NCBI GenBank assembly: GCA_950097015.1
Contig: CATNEN010000002.1
Location: 496,001 to 560,000, forward strand
From: Macrostomum hystrix
Taxonomy: Eukaryota; Animalia; Platyhelminthes
Length of the DNA stretch: 64,000 nucleotides
Direction of reading: 5' to 3'
This document shows positions 1 through 13,267 of the stretch, one piece after another. The notes beneath the pieces were generated by a model. It ran no database searches and was not told the DNA's origin. It saw nothing but the letters and a program-made list of their open reading frames with translations. Each line of letters begins with the position of its first letter. Position 1 is the stretch's first letter. A program made the translations under genes and the position numbers.

Positions 1-150
1 CCAGCTAATGCGGTACCCATTTAACATCTGAGTGAATACAGAGTCTTGCAAAAGGATACAAATTGTTCCAGTGGAGTCAGGAATTGAACCCCCGACCTTC
101 AAGTCGTTTGTAAGTAGTTTGTCGTTTGCGCTCCAACCACAAGGCCAAAA
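1..150 (-). mobile_element. tRNA-derived SINE family A, partial copy at window edge
   Basis: Reverse complement contains a tRNA-like head (GGTTCAATTCCTGACTCCACTGGAAC, B-box) and matches the + strand copy at 10514-10790. Confidence 0.7.
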
Positions 151-1227
151 CCTCCCTTTTAGAATCCAAACAGTTATAGAACTGCACTGTCCAAACTCTA
201 CTAGTTGCTAGCCAGAGAAGTCAATGAAACAAACATACACAGAAAAATATACTCAATGTTAATAAAATTATGCAGGAAAATGTTAGCGCGTGGAACAACC
301 ACGAGCCTCAACTTTTGCTGCTGGTCATAGCCCATGTGAAACTGGTTGTGTCTACGTCATGTTCGCTTCTATTATCCTCCGTAACAGGACATGCGTGGGA
401 TTCAAGGGCCATTCAAATGTGATACCAAAAAGCAAACTTATAGCTGACTCTCTTGATCAAACACAAGACCCAAGATCATGTATCGATCAACTATACATTT
501 CATAGCTTCACTGTAACGTTAGGCTCATTGTTGCTACGGTTCCCGTATGATGATTTTTACCATGCAATACTTTTTAGAACACATGCTATTTATCTAAATC
601 TAAGTAGACTTTTTCTTTGGTCCAGCTAGTTGCTTATTTAACTACTTACAGTAGCATGTAAAGTATGCGGTAGCTACGAGCGTATTAGTGATTACCATAA
701 TCGAACACTTCACTGCTCTTGAAAATTTTCTGATCCAGACTGCACTTGTCCTGCAGATTCATTTGTTAATTAACCTGTCACTTAATTGCCTAATACAGCG
801 AAATAATAAAGTTCTAATAAGCTTGTCACAGTCAAGTGGGCAAAAGCAAATTGTTATTTCTAAGAAACACTGCATTCCAAGAAACAGAGAAGGGAGCTAA
901 AATATATTATCAGTTGTCTGCTTGCCCCTCATCAGGTAGATGAATGCTAGTCGACCGAGTGCAGGAAAGTCAACGATGCAAAAAACTAAATCAGATCACT
1001 TGGCGAGTAGCACAGGATAGTTACCGACAAAAACAAAAAGCACTTCGAAAGATGATAGCAAACGAGGAAAGCTGAAACTTGTCACAGGTCAGGCAAGAAG
1101 AGACAAAGAATGACTTGAGTTATCTATACTTAAAAAGTTGTTAATTGCTGCCACGGAAGACAATAAGATGCGAATTTCTGTCTAAACAAAAATTAACTAT
1201 AATAATGAATTTGCTATGTGAAGCCTG

Positions 1228-1435
1228 CGTACGGCTGTACAGTCTATGGACTGGGGAGACGCCACACCCAACCCTTAATTATCCCAGTTGGTACCTTTTC
1301 AACAGCTGGGTGAGCTGAAGCAAAGCAGCGTTAAGTGTCTTGCAAAATGACAAAAATTGTTCCAGTGGAGTCGGGAATCGAAGCCCCGACATTTAAGTCG
1401 CGTGCCCGACGCTCTAACCACAAGGCTACAACCGC
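1228..1435 (-). mobile_element. tRNA-derived SINE family A copy
   Basis: Reverse complement reads GTAGCCTTGTGGTTAGAGCGTC (A-box) ... TTCGATTCCCGACTCC (B-box) ... AAGACACTTAACGCTGCTTTGCTTCAGCTCACCCAGCTGTT (CORE/Meta-like central domain). Confidence 0.8.
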
Positions 1436-3602
1436 CTGTGTCTAAACAAAGAACACCATAGATCGATTTAGGCGCTCTAAGAAATAAGACAATGCACAAG
1501 CATTCGATGAGTGGTCCGAACTGACTGACTGACATCTTGACGCAAGGTCGCCGGATTTCATTGGCTGCAGCAATCTCTCTTGTCAAGCAGCGGTATAGGA
1601 AATTGGTTTTGTCAGCCGTTAGCTACAGTTCCACGAATTTATTATTCTAGCAAGGGCTCGATACTGAACTTAGCTGCTACGCGAGCTAGTTTCATAGTAA
1701 TGCTACAACCCGAAAGAATATTTTTTAGAAAATTTACCTCTTTCTCTTGTCAAGAAAAGTGGAGAATTCAGCTTGGGAACCCCGAATTCTAAAGAGTTCC
1801 TGAACATCAAAATAATCTGAATAGAGCAAAAAACAGAGTTTTCTTCTATGCGTGTGGGGTAACCTCTTCCGTCTTCTGCTGCAGCCACTTACTGCGCTGC
1901 GCTGGCGTATCCCCATACCCCATGCCAAATTCTGCCCCGGAGGAAAGAAGGGCCTGTCAGATGGAATAATGGTGGGGGTGGCTTAGCCAGGCGCATCACT
2001 CAGCCCCATCCTGGAACTCTTATTATCGAGGTCGGGCTGCTCAACTCCTGGTACATTGGTCCGCGTGCTCAATCTAATGAATGAAGTCTGCAATGGAGAA
2101 TAAATGAATGTTCTCCTTGACGGGCCATCTCACTTGCACCTGTTCCCAGTTCCCGTGGAGCCCCCATCTATCCATCCCTGGGGCTAATCCACTGCGCAGC
2201 TGGCAGGTGGCAATTTCTTCTCCACCCCTTTCGTTATGGAAGAATAATTTATTTCGCTTTCCCAAACTGTTCCAGATATTCTCCCATGAAGCGACTGAAC
2301 CTGTTCTGAGAGCATGGGACTGTGGTTTCTCATAAACAATTTTGTATCCATCTATGATTTATAAACTAGCGAGCAACCATCATCGAGATTAACACAAAGT
2401 TTTGATAAGAGTTTCTCTATATTGTATCGCCAGTCCCCGTGTGTCATTGCCTAGGTTATAGGCATCGCCTACTAGTTGAAAACTTGGGCAATATAGCTTC
2501 CAACAGCATCCAATGCCCATCAACATTTGCCATCCTGTTCCCCACGGCTCCGTCATCGAGTGCCGCAATCCCATTTGCTGTCTCATGGCACTTCCATTCC
2601 CATCTCTCTTTCCTGCACGCAGCTCCCTTCCCATGGTCGTCGGGGCCAGGAAAAAAGGTAAGTATTCTGCAATTCACGTTCCTGAAAGCTTTCACCCGCG
2701 TGTGAAATTTATCCCGAATCGCTTCCACTAACAAAGCTAGGAAATCGGCGTTTGTATGTTTTGTGCGGCGGCCTCTTGTCGAAGTGGAAATGCTAATTAT
2801 GCAAGTGGGCTATCTAGCTGGCGACAAAAATGTCTGTCAGAAAAATCCCAGTTGGTAGACTGATTCGTGGGCTCGATTCCGCTATTTAATCACCAAGAGC
2901 CATCTAACCAGGCAGTGCGACCCTCATTCGCTGAATGGTTTGTGGCGGGCATCTATTCGCATTACGGACTTTAACAGCCACCCCAAACACTTGCGAGCCG
3001 CAATCGCTTTGCCAGCACCACTTGTTTGTGCAAACAAGATAAAAAATGGAGAGATTCGGTTTTGAAAAAGTATTACACTACCGTTTCATTATCATATTTT
3101 TTCTGTATTTATCTAATTTGATTGTATTTTTTGCAAGCTTACGTACTTTTATACACAAAACTACGACTATGTAACTAACGTCAACAAAGAGCTAAATAAA
3201 TCTACGTTCCAAATAATGACACGGCTCAAATTACAAATGTATGTCTCCCACAAAAAAGTTGAAACTTTACAAACATTTACAATTACGAGTGTAAGACATG
3301 TGCGGTTAGGAGCCTTTAAAAATAATCACGCTTCAAATATACATTTCTAGCAACTAAACTGTAACTTACAGAAATAAACAAAACCTACTCATTCTGACTC
3401 TTAACGGTCAGACAACAAAAAACAAAATGACAAAAAGGAAAAAAGGAAACAAAACCATTCTTCTGAAACACAGGGAATTTGACCAGAAGATTCGAACCCG
3501 AATCGGTTTCATTTTGGAACAGGAAACATTAACAGGAGTCAATAATCAGTACAGTTCTGTTCCTCTGAAAGTCATATTCATTGGGTAAATTTAGACAACA
3601 GT

Positions 3603-4169
3603 TCAGAAGGCCCTACTAGCTCTTACTGTTCCACCACAGTCAAGCTCCTGCAGCTCCATCAGTTGATACTCTTCGCGCTCGTCCAGGACTAGCTCCCGGT
3701 CTCTGACGGGCATCGCTGTCGCCAGGGTGCTCTCGCAGCGGGTCAGGCAGTCCGCATCGCCAAGGCTGCTGTTTCCAGCGAAGCCGCGCTCTCTGAAGCC
3801 TCCGCCAACGTCTCTGCCACCAGCGCCGGCACTCCCTAGACGTCTCAACTCGGTGCCATGACGTCGATTCAAGTGAGCGCTGCTCTGGCGACGCGAGTCG
3901 AAGCCTTCGGCTGTGATTCTCCAGTCGAAGCAGCAGAAAATTCTCGCTAGAACTCGTTTGTAGCCGAGACGAAAGCGCTGCGACATGAAGTAGTACACCA
4001 CCGGGTTGGCGGTGGAGTTCGCAAAACCGATCAGGTGCAGCAGCACCATGGTGAAACCATAGTTGTGGTTGTACACATTCCTATTGAACAGACCAGCAAT
4101 GTTCACTGCAAACCAGGGTGTCCAGGAGATGAGGAACAGAGCTGCCACGACGATCATCATCTTAGCGAC
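3603..4169 (-). CDS. Neuropeptide-type class A GPCR, exon 3 (TM6, TM7, C-terminal tail)
   Basis: Acceptor attaccag|GTC. Translates VAKMMIVVAALFLISWTPW...FANSTANPVVYYFMSQRFR (NPxxY). Phase 0 junction with exon 2 gives KRK|VAKM. Confidence 0.9.
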   Translation of the reverse strand, partial: VAKMMIVVAALFLISWTPWFAVNIAGLFNRNVYNHNYGFTMVLLHLIGFANSTANPVVYYFMSQRFRLGYKRVLARIFCCFDWRITAEGFDSRRQSSAHLNRRHGTELRRLGSAGAGGRDVGGGFRERGFAGNSSLGDADCLTRCESTLATAMPVRDRELVLDEREEYQLMELQELDCGGTVRASRAF

Positions 4170-4384
4170 CTGGTAATTAGTAATTACGCTTGTAGATAGT
4201 GCTAGGGCTTCCAGACAGCATATTATGGATGTATCTTCGAGAATATCACTGTTTAACTGTCTTACGGTGCTTTCAGTTAACTTAATTTCTAGTGCCATTG
4301 TTGTTTATTCCTAAAATTTTTATCCTTAAAGAGAGAAAATTGAATAATTGGGTGATTATAAAATAATTAAATGAAAAAAACAAA

Positions 4385-4775
4385 GAATGAACAATAAAAC
4401 GAAAAAACGAACGAAAGAACGAACGAACGAAAGAACGAAAGAACGAACGAACGAAAGAACGAAAGAACGAACAAACGAAAGAACGAAAGAACGAACGAAC
4501 GAAAGAACGAAAGAACGAACGAACGAAAGAATGAAAGAACGAACGAACGAAAGAACGAAAGAACGAACGAACGAAAGAACGAAAGAACGAACGAACGAAC
4601 GAACGAAAGAACGAACAAACGAAAAAACGCGCGAACGAACAAGCAAACAAATAAATAAAACGAACTAAGTAGCAGATGGGCAGGCGATCTCTCAGATGGA
4701 TAAAATAATATTATCCGTCGAACGTTCATACGAACGAACGAACGCAAGAATGAGTCAAAGAACGGACGAAGAAAA
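4385..4775. repeat. Compound (GAAC/GAAA)n microsatellite with ~24-bp higher-order period, in GPCR intron 2
   Basis: Repeated AAGAACGAACGAACGAAAGAACGA; produces the spurious ERTKERTN / FVRSF ORFs. Confidence 0.9.
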
Positions 4776-4909
4776 AACAGCTCAAGAACAAATACATGAA
4801 GAAATAAATAATTTTTTCAAGAACAAATACATGAAGAAATAAATAAATTTTTCATCTGCCAATGAACCATTTCCCGATACTCCAAACTGACGATGCCTTA
4901 GCGCCTGAC

Positions 4910-5330
4910 CTTTCTCTTGCTCTCCTCTCGCGACGATTGGCCACCAACGGAGCCGCCCCTGGCACTTCCGGCTGGTCGCCTGGAGCTAAGCACTCGAACG
5001 CTGCTCTCGCTGTGTCCTGGAATCGGGCGGCGCAGTGCGCGGACAATGGAAGCTGACGTAAACACGACAACACAGAGCGGCAGGAGGAACAGCAGGCAGA
5101 ACGCTGACAGCACGTAAGCGTAGCGGCCTCCCTTTGTGAAGCTGTCCAAGCAGTGCTGGCTGCGCATCTCGCCATAGCCGCTGACGCTATGGAATGCTTG
5201 CGCAGCGGGATGCATGGCCTGCACCAGACAGAAAGCCGCCGGCACTGTCCAGGTGAGCAGAATGAACAGACAGGTGCGTCGACTGGATTGAAACAGAAGA
5301 CTGCGCAGCGGATGGACTATTGCCAGGAAC
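4910..5330 (-). CDS. Neuropeptide-type class A GPCR, exon 2 (end of TM3, TM4, ECL2, TM5, ICL3)
   Basis: Acceptor tttctgccag|G completes Arg of E-R-F, giving ERFLAIVHPLRS. ECL2 Cys (QHCLD) and hydrophobic TM5 follow. Donor AAG|gtcagg. Confidence 0.88.
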
Positions 5331-5423
5331 CTGGCAGAAACAAGTATTCAGATTGATATTAGTATCCACGTAAGCGTTACTACAAAAAAGCAGAGCTAAT
5401 TAAAATATAAAATCCTCTAGTAG

Positions 5424-8400
5424 GCTCTTGCTTCGATTCTACATTACACACTTTTGCTTCGATTCTACATTACACACTTTTGCTTCGATTCTACATTACA
5501 CACTTTTGCTTTGATTCTATATTACACTTTTGCTTTGATTCTATATTACACTTTTGCTTCGATTCTACATTACACACTTTTGCTTTGATTCTATATTACA
5601 CTTTTGCTTCGATTCTACATTACACACTTTTGCTTTGATTCTATATTACACTTTTGCTTTGATTCTATATTACACTTTTGCTTTGATTCTACATTACACA
5701 CTTTTGCTTCGATTCTACATTACACACTTTTGCTTTGATTCTACATTACACACTTTTGCTTTGATTCTATATTACAATTTTGCTTTGATTCTATATTACA
5801 CTTTTGCTTTGATTCTATATTACACTTTTGCTTTGATTCTACATTACACACTTTTGCTTCGATTCTACATTACACACTTTTGCTTTGATTCTATATTACA
5901 ATTTTGCTTTGATTCTATATTACACTTTTGCTTCGATTCTACATTACACACTTTTGCTTTGATTCTATATTACACACTTTTGCTTTGATTCTATATTACA
6001 CTTTTGCTTTGATTCTATATTACACTTTTGCTTCGATTCTACATTACACACTTTTGCTTTGATTCTATATTACACTTTTGCTTCGATTCTACATTACACA
6101 CTTTTGCTTTGATTCTATATTACACTTTTGCTTTGATTCTATATTACACTTTTGCTTCGATTCTACATTACACACTTTTGCTTTGATTCTATATTACACT
6201 TTTGCTTTGATTCTACATTACACACTTTTGCTTTGATTCTATATTACACTTTTGCTTCGATTCTACATTACACACTTTTGCTTTGATTCTATATTACACT
6301 TTTGCTTCGATTCTACATTACACACTTTTGCTTTGATTCTATATTACACTTTTGCTTTGATTCTATATTACACTTTTGCTTCGATTCTACATTACACACT
6401 TTTGCTTTGATTCTATATTACACTTTTGCTTCGATTCTACATTACACACTTTTGCTTTGATTCTATATTACACTTTTGCTTTGATTCTATATTACACTTT
6501 TGCTTTGATTCTACATTACACACTTTTGCTTCGATTCTACATTACACACTTTTGCTTTGATTCTACATTACACACTTTTGCTTTGATTCTATATTACAAT
6601 TTTGCTTTGATTCTATATTACACTTTTGCTTTGATTCTATATTACACTTTTGCTTTGATTCTACATTACACACTTTTGCTTCGATTCTACATTACACACT
6701 TTTGCTTTGATTCTATATTACAATTTTGCTTTGATTCTATATTACACTTTTGCTTCGATTCTACATTACACACTTTTGCTTTGATTCTATATTACAGTTT
6801 TGCTTTGATTCTATATTACACTTTTGCTTCGATTCTACATTACACACTTTTGCTTTGATTCTATATTACACTTTTGCTTTGATTCTATATTACACTTTTG
6901 CTTCGATTCTACATTACACACTTTTGCTTTGATTCTATATTACACTTTTGCTTCGATTCTACATTACACTTTTGCTTTGATTCTATATTACACTTTTGCT
7001 TCGATTCTACATTACACACTTTTGCTTTGATTCTATATTACACTTTTGCTTTGATTCTATATTACACTTTTGCTTTGATTCTACATTACACACTTTTGCT
7101 TCGATTCTACATTACACACTTTTGCTTTGATTCTACATTACACACTTTTGCTTTGATTCTATATTACAATTTTGCTTTGATTCTATATTACACTTTTGCT
7201 TTGATTCTATATTACACTTTTGCTTTGATTCTACATTACACACTTTTGCTTCGATTCTACATTACACACTTTTGCTTTGATTCTATATTACAATTTTGCT
7301 TTGATTCTATATTACACTTTTGCTTCGATTCTACATTACACACTTTTGCTTTGATTCTATATTACACACTTTTGCTTTGATTCTATATTACACTTTTGCT
7401 TTGATTCTATATTACACTTTTGCTTCGATTCTACATTACACACTTTTGCTTTGATTCTATATTACACTTTTGCTTCGATTCTACATTACACACTTTTGCT
7501 TTGATTCTATATTACACTTTTGCTTTGATTCTATATTACACTTTTGCTTCGATTCTACATTACACACTTTTGCTTTGATTCTACATTACACACTTTTGCT
7601 TCGATTCTACATTACACACTTTTGCTTTGATTCTATATTACACTTTTGCTTTGATTCTATATTACACTTTTGCTTCGATTCTATATTACAATTTTGCTTT
7701 GATTCTATATTACACTTTTGCTTTGATTCTATATTACACTTTTGCTTTGATTCTATATTACACTTTTGCTTCGATTCTATATTACAATTTTGCTTCGATT
7801 CTATATTACACTTTTGCTTTGATTCTATATTACAATTTTGCTTTGATTCTATATTACACTTTTGCTTCGATTCTACATTATACACTTTTGCTTTGATTCT
7901 ATATTACAATTTTGCTTTGATTCTATATTACACTTTTGCTTCGATTCTACATTACACACTTTTGCTTTGATTCTATATTACACTTTTGCTTTGATTCTAT
8001 ATTACACTTTTGCTTCGATTCTACATTACACACTTTTGCTTTGATTCTATATTACGTTCTTGCTTTGATTCTATATTGCACTTTTGCTTCGATTCTATAT
8101 TACACTTTTGCTTTGATTCTGTATTACACTTTTGCTTCGATTCTATATTACACTTTTGCTTTGATTCTATATTACACTTTTGCTTCGATTCTATATTACA
8201 CTTTTGCTTTGATTCTATATTGCACTTTTGCTTTGATTCTATATTACACTTTTGCTTCGATTCTACATTACACACTTTTGCTTTGATTCTATATTACACA
8301 CTTTTGCTTTGATTCTATATTACACTTTTGCTTTGATTCTATATTACACTTTTGCTTCGATTCTACATTACACACTTTTGCTTTGATTCTATATTACACT

Positions 8401-9970
8401 TTTGCTTCGATTCTATATTGCACTTTTGCTTTGATTCTATATTACACTTTTGCTTTGATTCTATATTACACTTTTGCTTCGATTCTACATTACACACTTT
8501 TGCTTTGATTCTATATTACACTTTTGCTTTGATTCTATATTACACTTTTGCTTCGATTCTACATTACACACTTTTGCTTTGATTCTATATTACACTTTTG
8601 CTTTGATTCTATATTACACTTTTGCTTCGATTCTATATTACAATTTTGCTTTGATTCTATATTACACTTTTGCTTTGATTCTATATTACACTTTTGCTTT
8701 GATTCTATATTACACTTTTGCTTCGATTCTATATTACAATTTTGCTTCGATTCTATATTACACTTTTGCTTTGATTCTATATTACAATTTTGCTTTGATT
8801 CTATATTACACTTTTGCTTCGATTCTACATTACACACTTTTGCTTTGATTCTATATTACAATTTTGCTTTGATTCTATATTACACTTTTGCTTCGATTCT
8901 ACATTACACACTTTTGCTTTGATTCTATATTACACTTTTGCTTTGATTCTATATTACACTTTTGCTTCGATTCTACATTACACACTTTTGCTTTGATTCT
9001 ATATTACGTTCTTGCTTTGATTCTATATTACACTTTTGCTTCGATTCTATATTACACTTTTGCTTTGATTCTGTATTACACTTTTGCTTCGATTCTATAT
9101 TACACTTTTGCTTTGATTCTATATTGCACTTTTGCTTTGATTCTATATTACACTTTTGCTTCGATTCTACATTACACACTTTTGCTTTGATTCTATATTA
9201 CACACTTTTGCTTTGATTCTATATTACACTTTTGCTTTGATTCTATATTACACTTTTGCTTCGATTCTACATTACACACTTTTGCTTTGATTCTATATTA
9301 CACTTTTGCTTCGATTCTATATTGCACTTTTGCTTTGATTCTATATTACACTTTTGCTTTGATTCTATATTACACTTTTGCTTCGATTCTACATTACACA
9401 CTTTTGCTTTGATTCTATATTACACACTTTTGCTTTGATTCTATATTACACTTTTGCTTTGATTCTATATTGCACTTTTGCTTTGATTCTATATTACAAT
9501 TTTGCTTTGATTCTATATTACACTTTTGCTTCGATTCTACATTACACACTTTTGCTTTGATTCTATATTACAATTTTGCTTTGATTCTATATTACACTTT
9601 TGCTTCGATTCTACATTACACACTTTTGCTTTGATTCTATATTACACTTTTGCTTTGATTCTATATTACACTTTTGCTTCGATTCTACATTACACACTTT
9701 TGCTTTGATTCTATATTACGTTCTTGCTTTGATTCTATATTACACTTTTGCTTCGATTCTATATTACACTTTTGCTTTGATTCTGTATTACACTTTTGCT
9801 TCGATTCTATATTACACTTTTGCTTTGATTCTATATTGCACTTTTGCTTTGATTCTATATTACACTTTTGCTTCGATTCTATATTACACTTTTGCTTCGA
9901 TTCCATATTACGTTCTTGCTTCGATTTCATATTACACTCTTGCTTCGATTCTATATTGCGCTTTGATTTA
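5424..9970. repeat. ~4.5-kb minisatellite of 24-bp and 26-bp variants (CTTTTGCTTTGATTCTATATTACA / CTTTTGCTTCGATTCTACATTACACA) in GPCR intron 1
   Basis: Tandem units read directly, with no unique spacers. Confidence 0.97.
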
Positions 9971-10513
9971 ATCTTCGACTCGCGTTTTTCAATTCCATAC
10001 TCTAGCCAGCTTGGATTAGTTATTATTCGACTCCATTTTAGCTCTGGATTATATTCCATATTTTACTTTTGTTCGATGTTATAAAACTATCTAAAGTACT
10101 AAAGTACAGTGCACTACAAACGACAGCTATAATTGTGTGATGCTGTTGCCCAAGACAAATTATTAATCTGTTTCATAAGGCTATCAACCATTTGCTATTA
10201 TAAGTGTAGCAATCGTTCCCCATGTTTCTGATGAACTAACTAGCAGAAGATTCGTGTCTGCTTTGTCGCCTTTGACTAGCAATTTCGCTTAAGTATCCAG
10301 TCATAAAGAACAAAATTAGTTACATTTCTTTGTGCCTCGCCGCCCAAGTTATTAAATTACAGTGATCTTCACTTTTAACTTCCTTTCGCATTATACTAGG
10401 CCGTGTCAAAGCTAATGCTACAACGAAGGCGAAGTCACTGACGGCTGTAAGATTACATCTCGCAGTCAGCTGTTTTTGTGCTATTTGAAGATCAGCATGT
10501 GCTTTTTAGTATA

Positions 10514-10790
10514 GGGGTTTGTAGCCTAGTGGCTAGGGCGTCGGAATCCCGACTTCAAGGTCTGGGGTTCGATTCCCGACTCCACTGGAACAAATTGTTC
10601 CTTTAGCAAGACACTTAACTCTGCATTGCTTCAGTTCACCCAGCTGTTAAATGGGTACCAGCATCAGCTGGGGCAATTGAAGGTGGGTGTGGCGTCCCCC
10701 CAGTCCATGGACTGAACGCAGCCTTCAGATGCGCCGCGCAATAGCTGCGGCTGTGCTGTCAGATGCACATCTGGCCTAATCGAATCTATT
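10514..10790 (+). mobile_element. tRNA-derived SINE family A, near full-length reference copy (intronic)
   Basis: GTAGCCTAGTGGCTAGGGCG (A-box) and GGTTCGATTCC (B-box), then CAAGACACTTAACTCTGCATTGCTTCAGTTCACCCAGCTGTTAAATGGGTACC, which resembles CORE/Meta-SINE central domains. At least six related copies occur in the window. Confidence 0.85.
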
Positions 10791-10833
10791 TTTAGTCTTG
10801 TTTCCAAGCAAAAAAAGCACCGAATTCGATCAC

Positions 10834-11222
10834 CTCTCGATGCAGATGACCACCAGGGTGAACAGGCTAGCAAACACCAGCAGCATCATGCAGAAGGTGA
10901 CGAACGAGCAGCCCAAACGGTCGAACAGTTTAGCGGCTACCGAGCAGGGACCCATGAGCTGCAAGCCCTTCAGCGGCAGCACCAGCGCCGCCGCCAGGAG
11001 GTCCGTGACCGCCAGGTTCAGCACGTAGCAGTTTGTCACAGTTCGCATCGTTCGGTGCAGGCAGATGGTGCAGACGACCATCAGGTTTCCAAAAAACATC
11101 AGCAGGCCGACGCTGATCCAGGCGACTGTCAGGCTGATCTTCACAGCCGGCAGCTGCAGCAGGTCCCAGTACACGGTTGCGTTCACCTCGTGACAGTTGG
11201 AGGTCGAAGCAGTTGGAGGCAT
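10834..11222 (-). CDS. Neuropeptide-type class A GPCR, exon 1 (N-term, TM1-TM3); full model join(11222-10834,5330-4910,4169-3603), 458 aa
   Basis: GN in TM1, MRTVTNCYVLNLAVTDLL in TM2, TM3 ending CIER. Donor AG|gtgatc is phase 2 and joins exon 2 in frame. Motifs resemble orexin/allatotropin, QRFP and CCK-type peptide receptors; the subfamily cannot be assigned by eye. Confidence 0.9.
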
Positions 11223-11754
11223 GACCGCGGATGGGAAATCGCAGGTGCAACAGGTGCGAATCGAATCGATTTTCTTCTCACGATTGATTCCAGGCTGTGG
11301 GAGTTTTATCCCCTCAGTTACATTGCATGGAGGCCCGGCCTTCCATCTGGATAATTGGATGCCAAGCTAATCAGCCAATGGAGGTGAAAGTCGGGGGGAA
11401 GGTGATGATTGGAAAAGAACAGGAAATTCAGCGATCCCTTGGGGTGAATTTGCATGCGTAGTCCGCGTGGGTAGCGGATTTGAAAGGATTTCCGAGGGAT
11501 TTCAACTTCAAGACTTTCCAATCAGAGTGAACATTTTTATTAAAATCGTCAAAAAAACATATTCAAATTAGCGAGATTAGCTTCGAATTAAATGGACAAC
11601 CAAATTTGGTGTCATCATATGCTTCCTTTGGGACAGTTGCCAGATCAAACGACCACCTCAGCTTTCTAGAGTTATTGCCTCACTGGACACAAAAATTTAT
11701 TTTATATCGTCTTGATTAAGCAGTAGAAAATAATTATTCTGTCTTCCTATCTTT

Positions 11755-12760
11755 TTGAGCTCTTGCTTCCATTCTGGTTGCACCTCTTGCTTCGATTCTG
11801 GTTGGTTGCTTCGATTCTGGTTGGTTGCTTCGATTCTGGTTGGTTGCTTCGATTCTGGCAGTGCCTCTTGCTTCGATTCTGGTTGCAGCTCTTGCTTCGA
11901 TTCTGATTGTTTCAATTCGATTCTTGCTTCGATTCTGGTAGCAGCTCTTGCTTCGATTCTGGTCGGTTGCTTCGATTCTGGTTGGTTGCTTCGATTCTGG
12001 TTGGTTGCTTCGATTCTGGTTGGTTGCTTCGATTCTGGTTGGTTGCTTCGATTCTGGCAGTGCCTCTTGCTTCGATTCTGGTTGCAGCTCTTGCTTCGAT
12101 TCTGATTGTTTCAATTCGATTCTTGCTTCGATTCTGGTAGCAGCTCTTGCTTCGATTCTGGTCGGTTGCTTCGATTCTGATTGTTTCACTTCTATTCTTG
12201 CTTCGATCTTAGTTGTTTGCTTCGATTCTGGTTGGTTGCTTCGATTCTGGTTGGTTGCTTCGATTCTGGTTGGTTGCTTCGATTCTGGTTGGTTGCTTCG
12301 ATTCTGGTTGGTTGCTTCGATTCTGGTTGGTTGCTTCGATTCTGGTTGGTTGCTTCGATTCTGGTTGCAGCTCTTGCTTCGATTCTGGTTGTAGCTCTTT
12401 CTTAGATTCTGGTTGGTTGCTTCGATTCTGGTTGGTTGCTTTGATTCTGGTTGTGCCTCTTGCTTCAATTCTGGTTGCAGCTCTTGCTTCGTTCTGGTTG
12501 CAGCTCTTGCTTCGTTCTGGTTGCAGCTCTAGCTTCGATTCTGGTTGCAGCTCTTGCTTCGATTCTGGTTGCAGCTCTAGCTTCGATTCTGGTTGCAGCT
12601 CTTGCTTCGATTCCGGTTGCAGCTCTTGCTTCGTTCTGGTTGCAGCTCTTGCTTCTATTCTGTTTGCAGCTCTTGCTTCGATTCCGGTTGCAGCTCTTGC
12701 TTCGATTCCGGTTGCAGCTCTAGCTTCGATTCTGGTTAGTTGCTTCGATTCTTTGGATTC
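11755..12760. repeat. ~1-kb minisatellite built on TTGCTTCGATTCTGG (19-24-bp variants)
   Basis: Units such as TTGCTTCGATTCTGGTTGG and TTGCAGCTCTTGCTTCGATTCTGG; source of the PESKQ ORFs. Confidence 0.93.
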
Positions 12761-13267
12761 GGTGCTAGAGACTAAACTTCGCGGCAAAATAGCAAAGAGG
12801 TTCACCTGATTGACAGCCATAATTATGAAAATAAAAATAGTAAAGCTCTTAACGAATGGTTTCAGATTAATCAATGTACTAAACCGTACTGCTAGCAGCA
12901 GCTATTGAAATATTTACACTGCCAAGTTGCGATCAAATTCTGCTTGGAAAAGAACTCGAATCAAATTACTTTTTTATGCCTTGACGGTGCCTCTATATGC
13001 GAATGTAATTTAGTGTAGCATTTATATTTCTCCACTTTGTCTGTGCAAAAATATTCTTATCTAAAGCAGTAAATGTGTTGAACTGTTTCATCGAGTCAAA
13101 GTGTCTCTAGGTGGCTACTAATTAGTAGAACTTAGTGCGTGTGTTCAACCAGCAGAAACTAATTTTAGATTTACCGACTACAAGTAGATAAATACGTTTT
13201 TAACACCCTGCAAATAATTGGCAATTTAAGACGGAATATTTTGGATATAATATTCTCAATGAGGTGA

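Noticed and set aside
1900-2734. Moderately GC-rich stretch with several short ORFs, possibly a TE or pseudogene remnant
   Set aside because: No recognisable motif or consistent frame. A translated homology search would be needed.
5424-9970. CRISPR-like appearance and dozens of MLRFYITHF / ESKQKCNI ORFs
   Set aside because: Units are head-to-tail with no unique spacers, no cas genes are present, and the context is eukaryotic. The ORFs are translations of the satellite inside an intron.
10514-10590. tRNA genes at the SINE heads (also 33930-33999, 52082-52150, 59985-60058)
   Set aside because: A and B boxes are present, but each continues into a shared non-tRNA body found in multiple copies, and no complete cloverleaf could be drawn.
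11697-12874. Long PESKQ / TRIEA repeat ORFs as a repetitive structural protein
   Set aside because: They are open in several frames on both strands because of the repeat, with no unique domain, signal or splice support.
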